Shown in pieces: positions 16,876 through 26,200 of a stretch of 64,000 nt of DNA. The notes beneath the pieces were generated by a model. That model was not told the origin of the DNA and searched no databases. It saw nothing but the letters and a program-made list of their open reading frames with translations. Origin of the DNA: Candidatus Saccharibacteria bacterium RIFCSPHIGHO2_12_FULL_41_12 (lineage in GTDB: Bacteria > Patescibacteriota > Saccharimonadia > Saccharimonadales > 2-12-FULL-41-12). The stretch covers positions 40,462 to 104,461 of the forward strand of contig MGCQ01000001.1 in the NCBI GenBank assembly GCA_001790445.1, written 5' to 3'. Position 1 is the stretch's first letter. Each line of letters starts with the position of its first letter. The position numbers were made by a program, and so were the translations under genes.

Positions 16876-17759
16876 ATGTGTTTGGTTCTGAAGAAGAAAT
16901 AACCAGTCCGCCAGTCCGCCTAGATACAAAAGTATCAGATGAACTAGAAAACAGATCACGGAGCTACGCTAACAAATTGATTAAACTGGGCAATGTTAAA
17001 GTGAATGGCCACGTAGTCGTAAAACCTAGCTACATGGTCAGCGACAATGATAATCTTGAGATTACTGATTTAGCAGAGCCAAGTGATATGCCCACCTATA
17101 ACCCTGGGATTATCTACGAAGATGATTCGTGCATAGTTATAGACAAACCCATTGGTATGCTGACTCATTCTAAAGGCGCATTCTACCCAGAACAAACGAT
17201 TGCTTCGTTTATTAAACCGAAAATATCTGACAGATTTACAGATACTAACCGTGGTGGGATTGTTCACCGGCTCGATAGGGCAACAAGCGGAGTTATTCTG
17301 TGTGCAAAGACGCCAGAAGCAGAGAAGTGGTACAAAGCGCAGTTTGCGGATAGAAAAGTTAAAAAAACATACATCGCCGTAGTAAGTGGTAGTTTGGAGC
17401 ACAATAAGGCCGTTATTGATCTGCCGATAGAGAGAAATCCCAAAAAACCGCAGTTTTTCAGAGTTGGACCTCACGGCAAACCGTCAATGACAGAGTACGA
17501 AGTCATCAATGAGACACAGATAAAGTCAAAAACCTATTCAACGATCAAATTGACGCCAACAACAGGGAGAACGCACCAACTTCGAGTCCATCTCGCTGAG
17601 CTTGGCAACCCAATACTGGGGGATACTTTTTATGAAGGATCAAAACACGAAAGGTTGATGCTTCATGCCAGCGAACTAGAGATATCTTCATATATATCGC
17701 ATGAAAAACAGAAATATTCTGCAAAATTACCTGACGCATTTGGAGTTTATGTATGTTGA
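16872..17759 (+). CDS. RluA/RluD-family pseudouridine synthase
   Basis: S4-like N-terminus and HRLDRATSGVILCAKT catalytic motif. TTG start overlaps the trpS stop. Confidence 0.85.
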   Translation: MNVFGSEEEITSPPVRLDTKVSDELENRSRSYANKLIKLGNVKVNGHVVVKPSYMVSDNDNLEITDLAEPSDMPTYNPGIIYEDDSCIVIDKPIGMLTHSKGAFYPEQTIASFIKPKISDRFTDTNRGGIVHRLDRATSGVILCAKTPEAEKWYKAQFADRKVKKTYIAVVSGSLEHNKAVIDLPIERNPKKPQFFRVGPHGKPSMTEYEVINETQIKSKTYSTIKLTPTTGRTHQLRVHLAELGNPILGDTFYEGSKHERLMLHASELEISSYISHEKQKYSAKLPDAFGVYVC

Positions 17760-18577
17760 TCAACCCGCGTACAGGGGAGGCAATAAAAGAATATCTACAA
17801 GAGCCATTTCACGCTCTACTAATCGTAGGACCAAAAAACAGTGGCAAAACCGATATATTAGAGTCTATAGTGCGCGGATTAACGCAAACTGAGTACACTG
17901 CATATCCCCACAAGTTAGTTATCGATGGCAAAACAGAGGGCATAGATCAAGTAAGGGCAATCAAAAAAGAATTTTCGTACATTTTCGTCAGCCAAAATCC
18001 TGCTCATTCAAGAATCATTATAGTGAAATCTTTGGATGAAATCAGCAGAGAATCACACAACGCTCTTCTTAAAATTATTGAAGAACCTCCAGCCGCAACG
18101 TATATAATCGCTACCACTAGCAACAAAGCGGGCCTTCCGGCAACTGTTTTATCTAGAATGAAACAGATAGAGATACTACCAATTGATGAGCTTAGTGCGA
18201 CTCAGTACCTTACAGCTAAAAACATTGAAGCTGATCAAGCGCGAAATATTTGGCTTAAAAGCACTGGACTGGCGAGCAAAATCAAACATTATGCTCAGCA
18301 GGAAAGCCATAGCGAGTCAGTTGAGCTTGCCAAACAGTTCTTATCAACAAAGATGTATAGTCGTCTTGTCATGGTCAATGAAATTGTCAAACTTGAAAAA
18401 ACTGATCAACAAACAGTCATTAATGCTATATTTGATATCTTATATTTTAAACTATCCAAAACTCCAGAGTCTCATAAAATAATTCAGAAAATACAACTAG
18501 CCGAAAAATGCCAAAAGATGCTTCGTGAAAGCGTTAACCCTAAGCTACTTTGGCTTGATCTTTCTCTCAATCTATAG
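17753..18577 (+). CDS. holB: DNA polymerase III delta-prime-like subunit
   Basis: GPKNSGKT P-loop, ALLKIIEEPP, TVLSRMKQIEI. Confidence 0.8.
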   Translation: MLINPRTGEAIKEYLQEPFHALLIVGPKNSGKTDILESIVRGLTQTEYTAYPHKLVIDGKTEGIDQVRAIKKEFSYIFVSQNPAHSRIIIVKSLDEISRESHNALLKIIEEPPAATYIIATTSNKAGLPATVLSRMKQIEILPIDELSATQYLTAKNIEADQARNIWLKSTGLASKIKHYAQQESHSESVELAKQFLSTKMYSRLVMVNEIVKLEKTDQQTVINAIFDILYFKLSKTPESHKIIQKIQLAEKCQKMLRESVNPKLLWLDLSLNL

Positions 18578-18735
18578 CCACACCAAATCAAGATGACGAA
18601 ATTCTAGGTGATGTATGACTAGGCTAAAAATTATTGTTTTGAGACAAAGCATATCCTTAGATACGGTGCGAAACAAAACATAATTTTTAGACAGTCAGAC
18701 ACAGATAGAAACGTTATTTTGTTTTGGGGGTGGCT
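18576..18735 (+). repeat. 160-nt long imperfect inverted repeat (hairpin or MITE-like element)
   Basis: Arms of 66 and 62 nt (18576-18641, 18674-18735) align at roughly 80% as reverse complements by eye, including a perfect CTAAAAATTA block. Loop of about 32 nt. Confidence 0.6.
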
Positions 18736-18759
18736 ATATAAAAATGTTAAAATACTCTC

Positions 18760-19425
18760 ATGTTAGAAACAACTTTAGTTTTTGTTGTGGCATTGTTTGC
18801 ATTTTATTCATTAAAAAGGCATCACTACATAGAGCCAGAAATATCAGTCAAGATTAAAGATCAGGTTGGTAAGTTGTGGGGGATGGCTCACCATAATATG
18901 CGAGAAAACAGATTTGTCAGGGCCGAAAAAGCGCTTTTAACAATCCTCAAAATTGACAAAACAAATGCCGCTGCGTACAATCGGCTTGGCGTGCTATATG
19001 CCAAACAAAAAGAATATAAAGACGCAATAGAATGTTTTGAAATTGCATCTAGCATTCAGCCGACGGCCCCAAGCTTACACAACCTGGGATTGATTTACTA
19101 TGAAACAGAGAATTACGAAAAAGCCGTCCGTGCATTTGAAAATGCTCTTCAGCTGGATGACACTATGGCATCTAGGCATATCGCAGTTGCAAAAGCGCTT
19201 GAACATCTAGGTAACGAAAAATTGATGCAAGAACATCTTGAAAAAGCAGCGGAGCTTGAGCCAACAAAAGAAAGCTACTCGCTACTAATTGCTCTTTACA
19301 GGAAAAAAGATATGAACATAGAGGCTGATCAACTAGAACATAAATTAAAAAAGATGGTAGAGTCGACCGCCAAGCAAAAAAAACCTCTTCGTCTACGTCG
19401 TTCCAAAAGACGTGTCGTTGTCTAA
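18760..19425 (+). CDS. TPR-repeat protein with N-terminal membrane anchor
   Basis: Hydrophobic N-terminus; repeated A..Y..LG..Y....Y..A...F..AL TPR pattern. Confidence 0.75.
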   Translation: MLETTLVFVVALFAFYSLKRHHYIEPEISVKIKDQVGKLWGMAHHNMRENRFVRAEKALLTILKIDKTNAAAYNRLGVLYAKQKEYKDAIECFEIASSIQPTAPSLHNLGLIYYETENYEKAVRAFENALQLDDTMASRHIAVAKALEHLGNEKLMQEHLEKAAELEPTKESYSLLIALYRKKDMNIEADQLEHKLKKMVESTAKQKKPLRLRRSKRRVVV

Positions 19426-19480
19426 AGTTTTTGTGTATGACACCGATTTTGTTAAAATATATTGAGATGTATCTGTGTTT

Positions 19481-19555
19481 GCCATCTTAGCTCAGGGGTA
19501 GAGCACATCCATGGTAAGGATGGGGTCTCGGGTTCAAATCCCGAAGATGGCTCCA
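19481..19555 (+). tRNA. tRNA-Thr (GGU), CCA encoded
   Basis: Manual cloverleaf: acceptor GCCATCT/AGATGGC, anticodon loop AT-GGT-AA, T-loop TTCAAAT. Confidence 0.9.
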
Positions 19556-19580
19556 TATATATATATAACAGATATATTTT

Positions 19581-19665
19581 GCAGGGATAGTGAAGTGGTT
19601 AAACACGGTAGACTGTAAATCTACTCCCATCGGGTTCGGGGGTTCGAATCCCTCTCCCTGCACCA
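19581..19665 (+). tRNA. tRNA-Tyr (GUA), long variable arm, CCA encoded
   Basis: Acceptor GCAGGGA/TCCCTGC, anticodon loop CT-GTA-AA, T-arm GGGGG-TTCGAAT-CCCTC. Confidence 0.9.
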
Positions 19666-19778
19666 AAATGTATGCACGGTTTCATAAAGGAACAATCAGC
19701 AAATTGTACGAGTGGGGGAAATACTGGAAAACAAAATCAGACAAATCAAAACAACAGTAGCTATGGTATATTAGACAG

Positions 19779-20030
19779 ATGGAAATAGTTGGATTTGTCG
19801 CTACAGTGTTGACTATATTGGCTTTTTTGCCACAAACTTTCAAAGTTGTGAAGACTCGTGAGACTAGAGATATCGCCTTGCTCACATATCTTACTCTTGT
19901 TGTGACAAGCACATTGTGGACGACGTACGGTGTACTGTTGAACAATCCTGCACTCTATGTAACCAATTCTGCAGTAGGTCTTTGTAGCATAACTATTGTC
20001 ATTTTCAAATTACGTGAGATAAAGAAATAA
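19779..20030 (+). CDS. SemiSWEET / PQ-loop sugar transporter (83 aa, 3 TM)
   Basis: Three hydrophobic helices with an LPQ motif in TM1 (FLPQTFKVVKTRETRDIAL). Confidence 0.7.
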   Translation: MEIVGFVATVLTILAFLPQTFKVVKTRETRDIALLTYLTLVVTSTLWTTYGVLLNNPALYVTNSAVGLCSITIVIFKLREIKK

Positions 20031-20090
20031 AGATAATTTGCAGAATTTAGTTAAACGTTGTATTATATCTATCTACATTTAGTGGTGTAA

Positions 20091-21722
20091 TTGAATATGC
20101 TGAATACATTTTCCCCCGATCATGAATTACTGACTAGGAGCTTGAATAGTCCTGGCGATAGTGTCAACCTGCCAATATTCTATTACGGGGAACACGGTTG
20201 GGCTGATACAACACACAGTGACACCGCTATTAATGGACGCACTTCACAAGAATCAGCGGTGCTAGGTCGCGCTGTTGTAGCTCTTACAGATCAACTTCCA
20301 AACAAAACAAATGAAGATGCTGCGCAATCAAGCTACTTAAAGGGACGTATATTAAATGCTGTTGTCCCTGGGATAACTAGTGGGGAGGTGATAACGCCAC
20401 AAGCACTCGGGTACACATACATACCTGGTCAAGGATTTGCTCAAGTCTTGGAACGAGTAGATTGCCACAGCCCTAGATTAGATGACGAAGGGCTGGAAAG
20501 CCAAAGAGTTAGAGAAGCCAGGCAACTTCTCTGGAGCAAAGCAGAAGAGACAGGGATCCAACCATTGACCCATATACACCCCCAGAACCCTCTGGGGAAA
20601 TCAAATTTTCGGGTGCACTCTGATGGGCGATTGATTTGGCTCGATGGGCGGTCAGATATTCCTCTAGCTGGAGCTGTCGGACGGTTGATCCTGCCACACT
20701 TTGGCTTCTACCAAGACGCGGACGAAAAGTTTGGTAAAGATGGCAGAAACTCTGCTTTCAGTGAGATAGATGCTGAAAAGATCGCAGAGCTAATTGATCA
20801 ATTTAATCTAGATCCTCAGGAGAAAGCTCAACTAAGTGAACTGCTGAATATGTACCAATCTTTACAAGATGTTTTGTCTGAACCCTCTGGCAAAAAACAT
20901 AGAGAGCTTGTGGCAGACGATCTCGAAAATCTAGGTGCTTCAAAAAATCGATTGAGAATAATTCGCTCTTCGGTACTTGGGCATAAAGCCGTTAGAGCAT
21001 TTACAATTGGTGGCTCAGCAGCCACTTATACCGGCGATAAAATACAAAGTACAGCTTTGTCGTTAAAGGACAAGCCAAATTCATATTATTTATATCTTAC
21101 AAATCCTACAATCCGTACACACGCTATTCTTAAGTACACTGTATTAAGAGGGCTGAAGGCCGGCTGTGAGCATGGATCAGTTACAGAAAAGGAATATAAA
21201 GAGGCTCTCGACGTAGTGTCTCCACATGATCTCAGTACATACGTGGGTTTGCAAACGTTTTATTTAGCTAATTCACGAGTATTTGATCTCATAACGGGTT
21301 CTCTAATAGCAACCAATCCCGGGTTTAAAGAATTTTTGACAATATTCACTGCTGGTACAGTAGGTAGTTCGGCAGTCAGAGGGGTAGCAACGGCTATAAC
21401 AAGTCTTTTTAGAGATACTGAGCTTAAAAAGGCCACCATGTCCTCTATGATACCTATGCTTGGTGGCTATACAGCCATTGTTCAGCAAATGATGGCTACT
21501 TATGGAGAATACACTAAAGATATTAAGCACAATACATTTAGGCTACTAGCATCAAATATTTCTAAACTAAGGCTTGGTGGTGGTTGGGGTAGTGACGCAG
21601 AGGAAAAATTATGGCAAAAAAACCAAAACTACAAAACCGTTTATCAAGGAGTAAAAAAAGATACCCAAGCTATAATTAGCCATACCATAGCAATGCTCAA
21701 TAAAGTTAAATCAAAATTTTAA
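20091..21722 (+). CDS. Hypothetical protein (543 aa)
   Basis: Long uninterrupted ORF with no confident family assignment. Weak kinase-like strings (HIHPQN, LIWLDG). Confidence 0.6.
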   Translation: MNMLNTFSPDHELLTRSLNSPGDSVNLPIFYYGEHGWADTTHSDTAINGRTSQESAVLGRAVVALTDQLPNKTNEDAAQSSYLKGRILNAVVPGITSGEVITPQALGYTYIPGQGFAQVLERVDCHSPRLDDEGLESQRVREARQLLWSKAEETGIQPLTHIHPQNPLGKSNFRVHSDGRLIWLDGRSDIPLAGAVGRLILPHFGFYQDADEKFGKDGRNSAFSEIDAEKIAELIDQFNLDPQEKAQLSELLNMYQSLQDVLSEPSGKKHRELVADDLENLGASKNRLRIIRSSVLGHKAVRAFTIGGSAATYTGDKIQSTALSLKDKPNSYYLYLTNPTIRTHAILKYTVLRGLKAGCEHGSVTEKEYKEALDVVSPHDLSTYVGLQTFYLANSRVFDLITGSLIATNPGFKEFLTIFTAGTVGSSAVRGVATAITSLFRDTELKKATMSSMIPMLGGYTAIVQQMMATYGEYTKDIKHNTFRLLASNISKLRLGGGWGSDAEEKLWQKNQNYKTVYQGVKKDTQAIISHTIAMLNKVKSKF

Positions 21723-21725
21723 ATT

Positions 21726-21802
21726 TGGAGCCACCTGTCGGATTCGAACCGACGACTTTCAGTTTACAAAACTGACGCTCTAACCAACTGAGCTAAGGTG
21801 GC
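21726..21802 (-). tRNA. tRNA-Thr (UGU), CCA encoded
   Basis: Reverse complement folds as GCCACCT...AGGTGGC-T-CCA, with anticodon loop TT-TGT-AA. Confidence 0.9.
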
Positions 21803-21810
21803 AAATGTAA

Positions 21811-22224
21811 TTAAGGTTTAGACTTTATATACTTAAGCTTTCGCCAAGCTCTACCTTTACACTTGTTTAAATTTCTATAACTTGGAGTGAGCGAATGACA
21901 GTTAGGGCACAATAAACGTAGATTACTTTCGTTATTGTTTTCAGCATCTCCATCTATATGATCTACTTCAAGCGGGGAATTTCCTGTAACTCTATTTGTT
22001 TTGTTCCAGCCACAAAATGAGCATGCTTGTTTGTTTTTCTCGAGCAAGTATCTACGTATGTGTTTAGAAATATTTCTGGCTGAGATTCCTCTACTGCCTG
22101 TCACTTCATTGTTTTTCCATTTGTTAATGTACTCTTGGTGCTGATAATCTAATTGGCATTGATTTGAGCAGTATATGTACGAAAGTTTTGCTTTTCGATT
22201 ACTGCACATTATGCAATATTCCAT
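21811..22224 (-). CDS. HNH endonuclease
   Basis: EVDHIDGDAENNNESNLRLLCPNCHS HNH core plus N-terminal Cys-rich region. Confidence 0.85.
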   Translation of the reverse strand: MEYCIMCSNRKAKLSYIYCSNQCQLDYQHQEYINKWKNNEVTGSRGISARNISKHIRRYLLEKNKQACSFCGWNKTNRVTGNSPLEVDHIDGDAENNNESNLRLLCPNCHSLTPSYRNLNKCKGRAWRKLKYIKSKP

Positions 22225-22349
22225 CTATCAATTATACCAGCAATAAGACATTTTCTATTACAATAAACTATCTAGTTTTCGTATATAATAAATTTTAACA
22301 AATATGTTACTCGAACTCTATTATTACTTGATAAATTGTTAGGAAATCG

Positions 22350-22378
22350 TTTACATTTCGGTTTTGATCTGTTAAAAT
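22350..22378 (+). promoter_or_regulatory. Putative promoter of rpmG (near-leaderless)
   Basis: TTTACA, 17 nt, TAAAAT (22373-22378). ATG 22388 lies 9 nt downstream with no SD. Confidence 0.4.
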
Positions 22379-22387
22379 AGCATGAAT

Positions 22388-22594
22388 ATGGCGAAGAAGA
22401 ACGACAAACGAAAAATAGTAGGACTTGTCTGTGAAGAAACAGGGCATCGTACATACTACACTAAAAAAAATACGATGAATACTCCCGACAAGCTAGAACT
22501 ACGTAAGTATAATCCACTACTCAGGCGTGTAACCAAATATGTTGAGACTAGTAAGAGCCTTGGTCGTAACGAAGTAAAAGCTCGAAAAAAGTAA
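22388..22594 (+). CDS. rpmG: 50S ribosomal protein L33 (Cys-less form) with C-terminal extension
   Basis: MAKKNDKRKIVGLVCEETGHRTYYTKKNTMNTPDKLELRKYNP matches the L33 pattern. Confidence 0.85.
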   Translation: MAKKNDKRKIVGLVCEETGHRTYYTKKNTMNTPDKLELRKYNPLLRRVTKYVETSKSLGRNEVKARKK

Positions 22595-22623
22595 ATCTTT
22601 TGTACTTTTTGAGTTAAGTGCTA

Positions 22624-25131
22624 TTAGTCTGATATCACGTATTGACTATTATCATCAGCATTTGGCAGGGTAGGAGGCGCTGGTTTGAGCAATATTGCAA
22701 ATGCGGTAACTTTGTTCGGTATTGATCTTTCGAGATAAATCTTTCCACCCATTTGTTCCGTCAGCAATCGCGAGATGTATAAGCCCAAACCAGTACTTTG
22801 CGTATTATCTCTTGTAAGGATGCTTTCTGTTGCTTGTTGAAACTTGCGGAATAACAAGTTTTGATACTTGGGGTCAATGCCTTTGCCGGTGTCTTCTACT
22901 ATAATCTTGACCATATTATTCTCCGTGCTGAGTTTAATAGTAATGGTACCTTGCTCAGTAAACTTACGGCTGTTACCTATAAGATTAACAATGACCTGTC
23001 TCAATCTATCTTTGTCCCCAGAAACATTTGGTATAGCCGCAGCTGGTTTTTGCATCAGTAAAGACAATTTATCCCCAGATACAGTCAAATTGAATTCCCG
23101 AAGAATGCTTTCGCACATCGTCGTTACGTTAATTGACTCTATTTTGAATTCTATTTTGCCAAGCTCTAAACGTGAGGTGTCCAAAAAATCATTAACTATT
23201 TTTATTAAGCGAACGCCAGATTCATGAACATCGTTGATCATTTCGCGTAGCTCAGGTGTTTTCAGCTCGTCAATGAAGTAGCTTTGGATCATGGACATAT
23301 TGCCGACAATCGCAGTCAAAGGCGTTCTCAGCTCGTGAGAAGCAATAGAAAAGAATTCATCGCGAGTGCGTTCCAGGATTTTGGTTTCAGTAATATCTTG
23401 TATGATTATTACGCTACCTATGACTCGACTAGTCGTTCCTATGGTGATCGGCGCGATGAATATATGGAGGAATTTATTGCCAAATTCAAGAGACGTTATT
23501 TCTATTGATCGAGAGTCGTCTCTACAGTTTTTCACATCTTTTGTAAAATCAAGTGTCCCGTCTAAAAGCTGAGACAGAGATGTTAAATTATCTATAGATT
23601 GGTCAATGTGTTTATCAAATAATATTTGTTGAGCAGCAGAATTCAGCATAACAATTTTGTCTGCAGGATCTACCATGATAAAGCCTAGCTGCAAATTATT
23701 TATCGATGCTTGCAGCCTGGCCTGTTCCTCCATGATCTGGTGCGTATAATCTTGGTTTTCTCGTATATAGCGGTTAAAAGCCTGGGACAATACCTGAAAT
23801 TCATCGCCGGTATTAACAGTTGGCGGGTCATATTTACCTGTTTTCTCTGCTTGATTCACAGCCTGAATTAACGAGTTAGTAGCTCGCGTTAACACAGAGT
23901 TAAATATACCAATGGCTGAAATTGTCAGCAATACTATAAACAAACCGCAAAGCGACAAAAACACAGCTATTTTATAAAGAGGGCTATAAAAGTCTGTTTC
24001 ATATACGAGCACCACTAATTTTTGGTCATGATAAGGCTCAAAGACGATCAGCTTTATATCTCCCTTTAAGTCACGAATTGCTCCACGGTCTGCATTCTGA
24101 AATCTAGCTTGTGTCCCTGCAGTTACGTTGTCTACTGGTAAACGTTCATTATTTTGTAACAACCACGCTTTGCTGTTATCCCCGCGTTGCAAATTATCTG
24201 TTACCGGTTCACCCTTTGTGTCCGCACGTTCAATACTCTTTTGCATGTCATTTTGGATATTAGCCGTTAGATTATCTCTGGTTATAGACTGGAACGATTG
24301 CATAAATATCATAATCATTAAGGAGAGGCTGGCAAGCGTCAGGAGCAAAACAACACCGAACACCTTATACGCATATTTTCGTCTCATGACGTCTTCTAAT
24401 TTATATTGCTCAATAATCCGTGAGCGTATTGGTCCCATGAAGCTGTCTATCACCAAGTATTGAAACAACGCTACAAAAAATGATAATACCGCGCCGACAC
24501 CAATATTTTTTATGGTTTCTATCATTGGAGCGTCAGCCCAAAAGTGGACCTGCATAGTCCCGACAGTAAATCCAACAATAGTAAATACTGACATTCTGAC
24601 AGCAACGTTGATAGGGAAGTTGAGCATTCTTCTATAAAGCCGCTCGGGATCGTCTGTGTGTCCGGTTGCGAGGTATTTTGTTATCGGTAAAAAGATGATC
24701 TGGCTAATTGTGTACGTAATCCCTGCAATAATGAACACTTCCCAGTAATATCCAAAAGAAACTATTCTTAGCTGATCAGAGTTCACGTTTGTGGTAACAA
24801 ATTGATAAAAAATGCCAATCAACCAGTACCAGAATACTGCACTGGCCCACTCTATCATAAGAAGTTGAGTGTTAGTACTTATGACGTGTCGTTTTCTCCA
24901 AATTGCGAACAGAGAGACAATAACTATCGATACCAGGGGTATGGTCAAGGTGTAAAATGTGTAAAAGGTAAAATCCCAATCCCGCAATATGCTGACACCG
25001 ATATATCCGCAAACTATTAAGGTGGCGATTGTCATTACTGAGAGAGGAACGGCAATTAGGGGGAGTGAACTACGCAGAGTTTTCCTCTGTGTATCTATTG
25101 TCTGCGTTTGAATATTTTTTGTCATAAGCAA
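22624..25131 (-). CDS. Membrane sensor histidine kinase (835 aa)
   Basis: Multi-TM N-terminus, then FFSIASHELRTPL H-box and a GTGLGLYISR-type ATPase G-box. Confidence 0.88.
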   Translation of the reverse strand: MLMTKNIQTQTIDTQRKTLRSSLPLIAVPLSVMTIATLIVCGYIGVSILRDWDFTFYTFYTLTIPLVSIVIVSLFAIWRKRHVISTNTQLLMIEWASAVFWYWLIGIFYQFVTTNVNSDQLRIVSFGYYWEVFIIAGITYTISQIIFLPITKYLATGHTDDPERLYRRMLNFPINVAVRMSVFTIVGFTVGTMQVHFWADAPMIETIKNIGVGAVLSFFVALFQYLVIDSFMGPIRSRIIEQYKLEDVMRRKYAYKVFGVVLLLTLASLSLMIMIFMQSFQSITRDNLTANIQNDMQKSIERADTKGEPVTDNLQRGDNSKAWLLQNNERLPVDNVTAGTQARFQNADRGAIRDLKGDIKLIVFEPYHDQKLVVLVYETDFYSPLYKIAVFLSLCGLFIVLLTISAIGIFNSVLTRATNSLIQAVNQAEKTGKYDPPTVNTGDEFQVLSQAFNRYIRENQDYTHQIMEEQARLQASINNLQLGFIMVDPADKIVMLNSAAQQILFDKHIDQSIDNLTSLSQLLDGTLDFTKDVKNCRDDSRSIEITSLEFGNKFLHIFIAPITIGTTSRVIGSVIIIQDITETKILERTRDEFFSIASHELRTPLTAIVGNMSMIQSYFIDELKTPELREMINDVHESGVRLIKIVNDFLDTSRLELGKIEFKIESINVTTMCESILREFNLTVSGDKLSLLMQKPAAAIPNVSGDKDRLRQVIVNLIGNSRKFTEQGTITIKLSTENNMVKIIVEDTGKGIDPKYQNLLFRKFQQATESILTRDNTQSTGLGLYISRLLTEQMGGKIYLERSIPNKVTAFAILLKPAPPTLPNADDNSQYVISD

Positions 25132-25233
25132 TCTTTGCTCAAGATTTCCTCCTAAAGCATAACTACTTTATATATTACAACGCCAGTGGAATATCCCAAA
25201 ACTTACTTGGTTATAAGTTGCTTAAAATAATTT

Positions 25234-25308
25234 TGGCAGGGGCACGTGGAATCGAACCACGATCTAAGGTTTTGGAGACCTTTATACTAACCGTTGTACT
25301 ATGCCCCT
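25234..25308 (-). tRNA. tRNA-Trp (CCA anticodon), CCA end encoded
   Basis: Reverse complement: AGGGGCA...TGCCCCT-G-CCA, with anticodon loop CT-CCA-AA. Confidence 0.88.
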
Positions 25309-25558
25309 ATACCTCATAGCTCCGCACCAACTACAGTCCTGCTAACTAACTTGTAGCAACCTGACTATAGTTTCTTGGCACAAAATAGCTTTTCTTCAGT
25401 GGTATTTACTTCAACGTACTCTAGGTACGTTTCGCTCCATTCCTCAAAGAGAAAAACTCTTTTGCACTCAAGTGCAAAGCTATGGACAACTTGCACTCTG
25501 TTAATTTTATCATCTCCTCTTGAATAAATCGATATAATTTGATATAAATAATAACGCC

Positions 25559-26200
25559 ATGAGTAAAGTTCTTATAACAAAACCAATAGTTGTTCAGTTA
25601 TATGGGTATCCCGGTTCAGGAAAAACAAATTTTGCATCTGAGTTAGCTGCAGCGACTAATCTGATCCATCTTTACAATGAAAAAATATCACAAGAATTTT
25701 TTGGTAGACCATATTCGGACAACAAAGAAAGCACTGACAAGCTAATCATGATGTTGGCTGAAGAATTTATTGGTGCGGGTTTGGGTATCATCTTGGATGT
25801 CGATTCATCCAAAATCAAAAATAGGAAGATGGTCCGTGAATTTGCTACAAAAAATAAAGCTGGTAATTTGGTAGTTTGGTTTCAGCTAGACCCAGAAACT
25901 GCATTTGCCCGAAAATCTCAAATTGATAGAAGAAAATCAGAAAATAAATACGAAACTTCTCTATCTTATAGCGATTTCAATGACAAAACAAAGACTATGC
26001 AAAACCCAGTCAACGAAGAGTGTGTAGTTGTTAGCGGCAAACATACCTTTAGAACACAAAAAGCTGCAATTTTGCGGAGACTTTATGATTTGGGCATTAC
26101 CAGCCAAGCTCAGACTCAAGCAAATTTGATAAAGCCTGGACTTGTTAATTTAGTACCACAAACTCACTTGGGCGGAGTTCGTAACATTTCTATAAGATAA
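25559..26200 (+). CDS. P-loop kinase-like ATPase (AAA_33/zeta-like)
   Basis: Walker A motif YGYPGSGKTNFA near the N-terminus; about 210 aa. Confidence 0.65.
   Translation: MSKVLITKPIVVQLYGYPGSGKTNFASELAAATNLIHLYNEKISQEFFGRPYSDNKESTDKLIMMLAEEFIGAGLGIILDVDSSKIKNRKMVREFATKNKAGNLVVWFQLDPETAFARKSQIDRRKSENKYETSLSYSDFNDKTKTMQNPVNEECVVVSGKHTFRTQKAAILRRLYDLGITSQAQTQANLIKPGLVNLVPQTHLGGVRNISIR

Noticed and set aside
22272-22454. 60-aa minus-strand ORF between the HNH gene and rpmG
   Set aside because: It spans the divergent promoter region and overlaps the rpmG start. There is no SD or motif.
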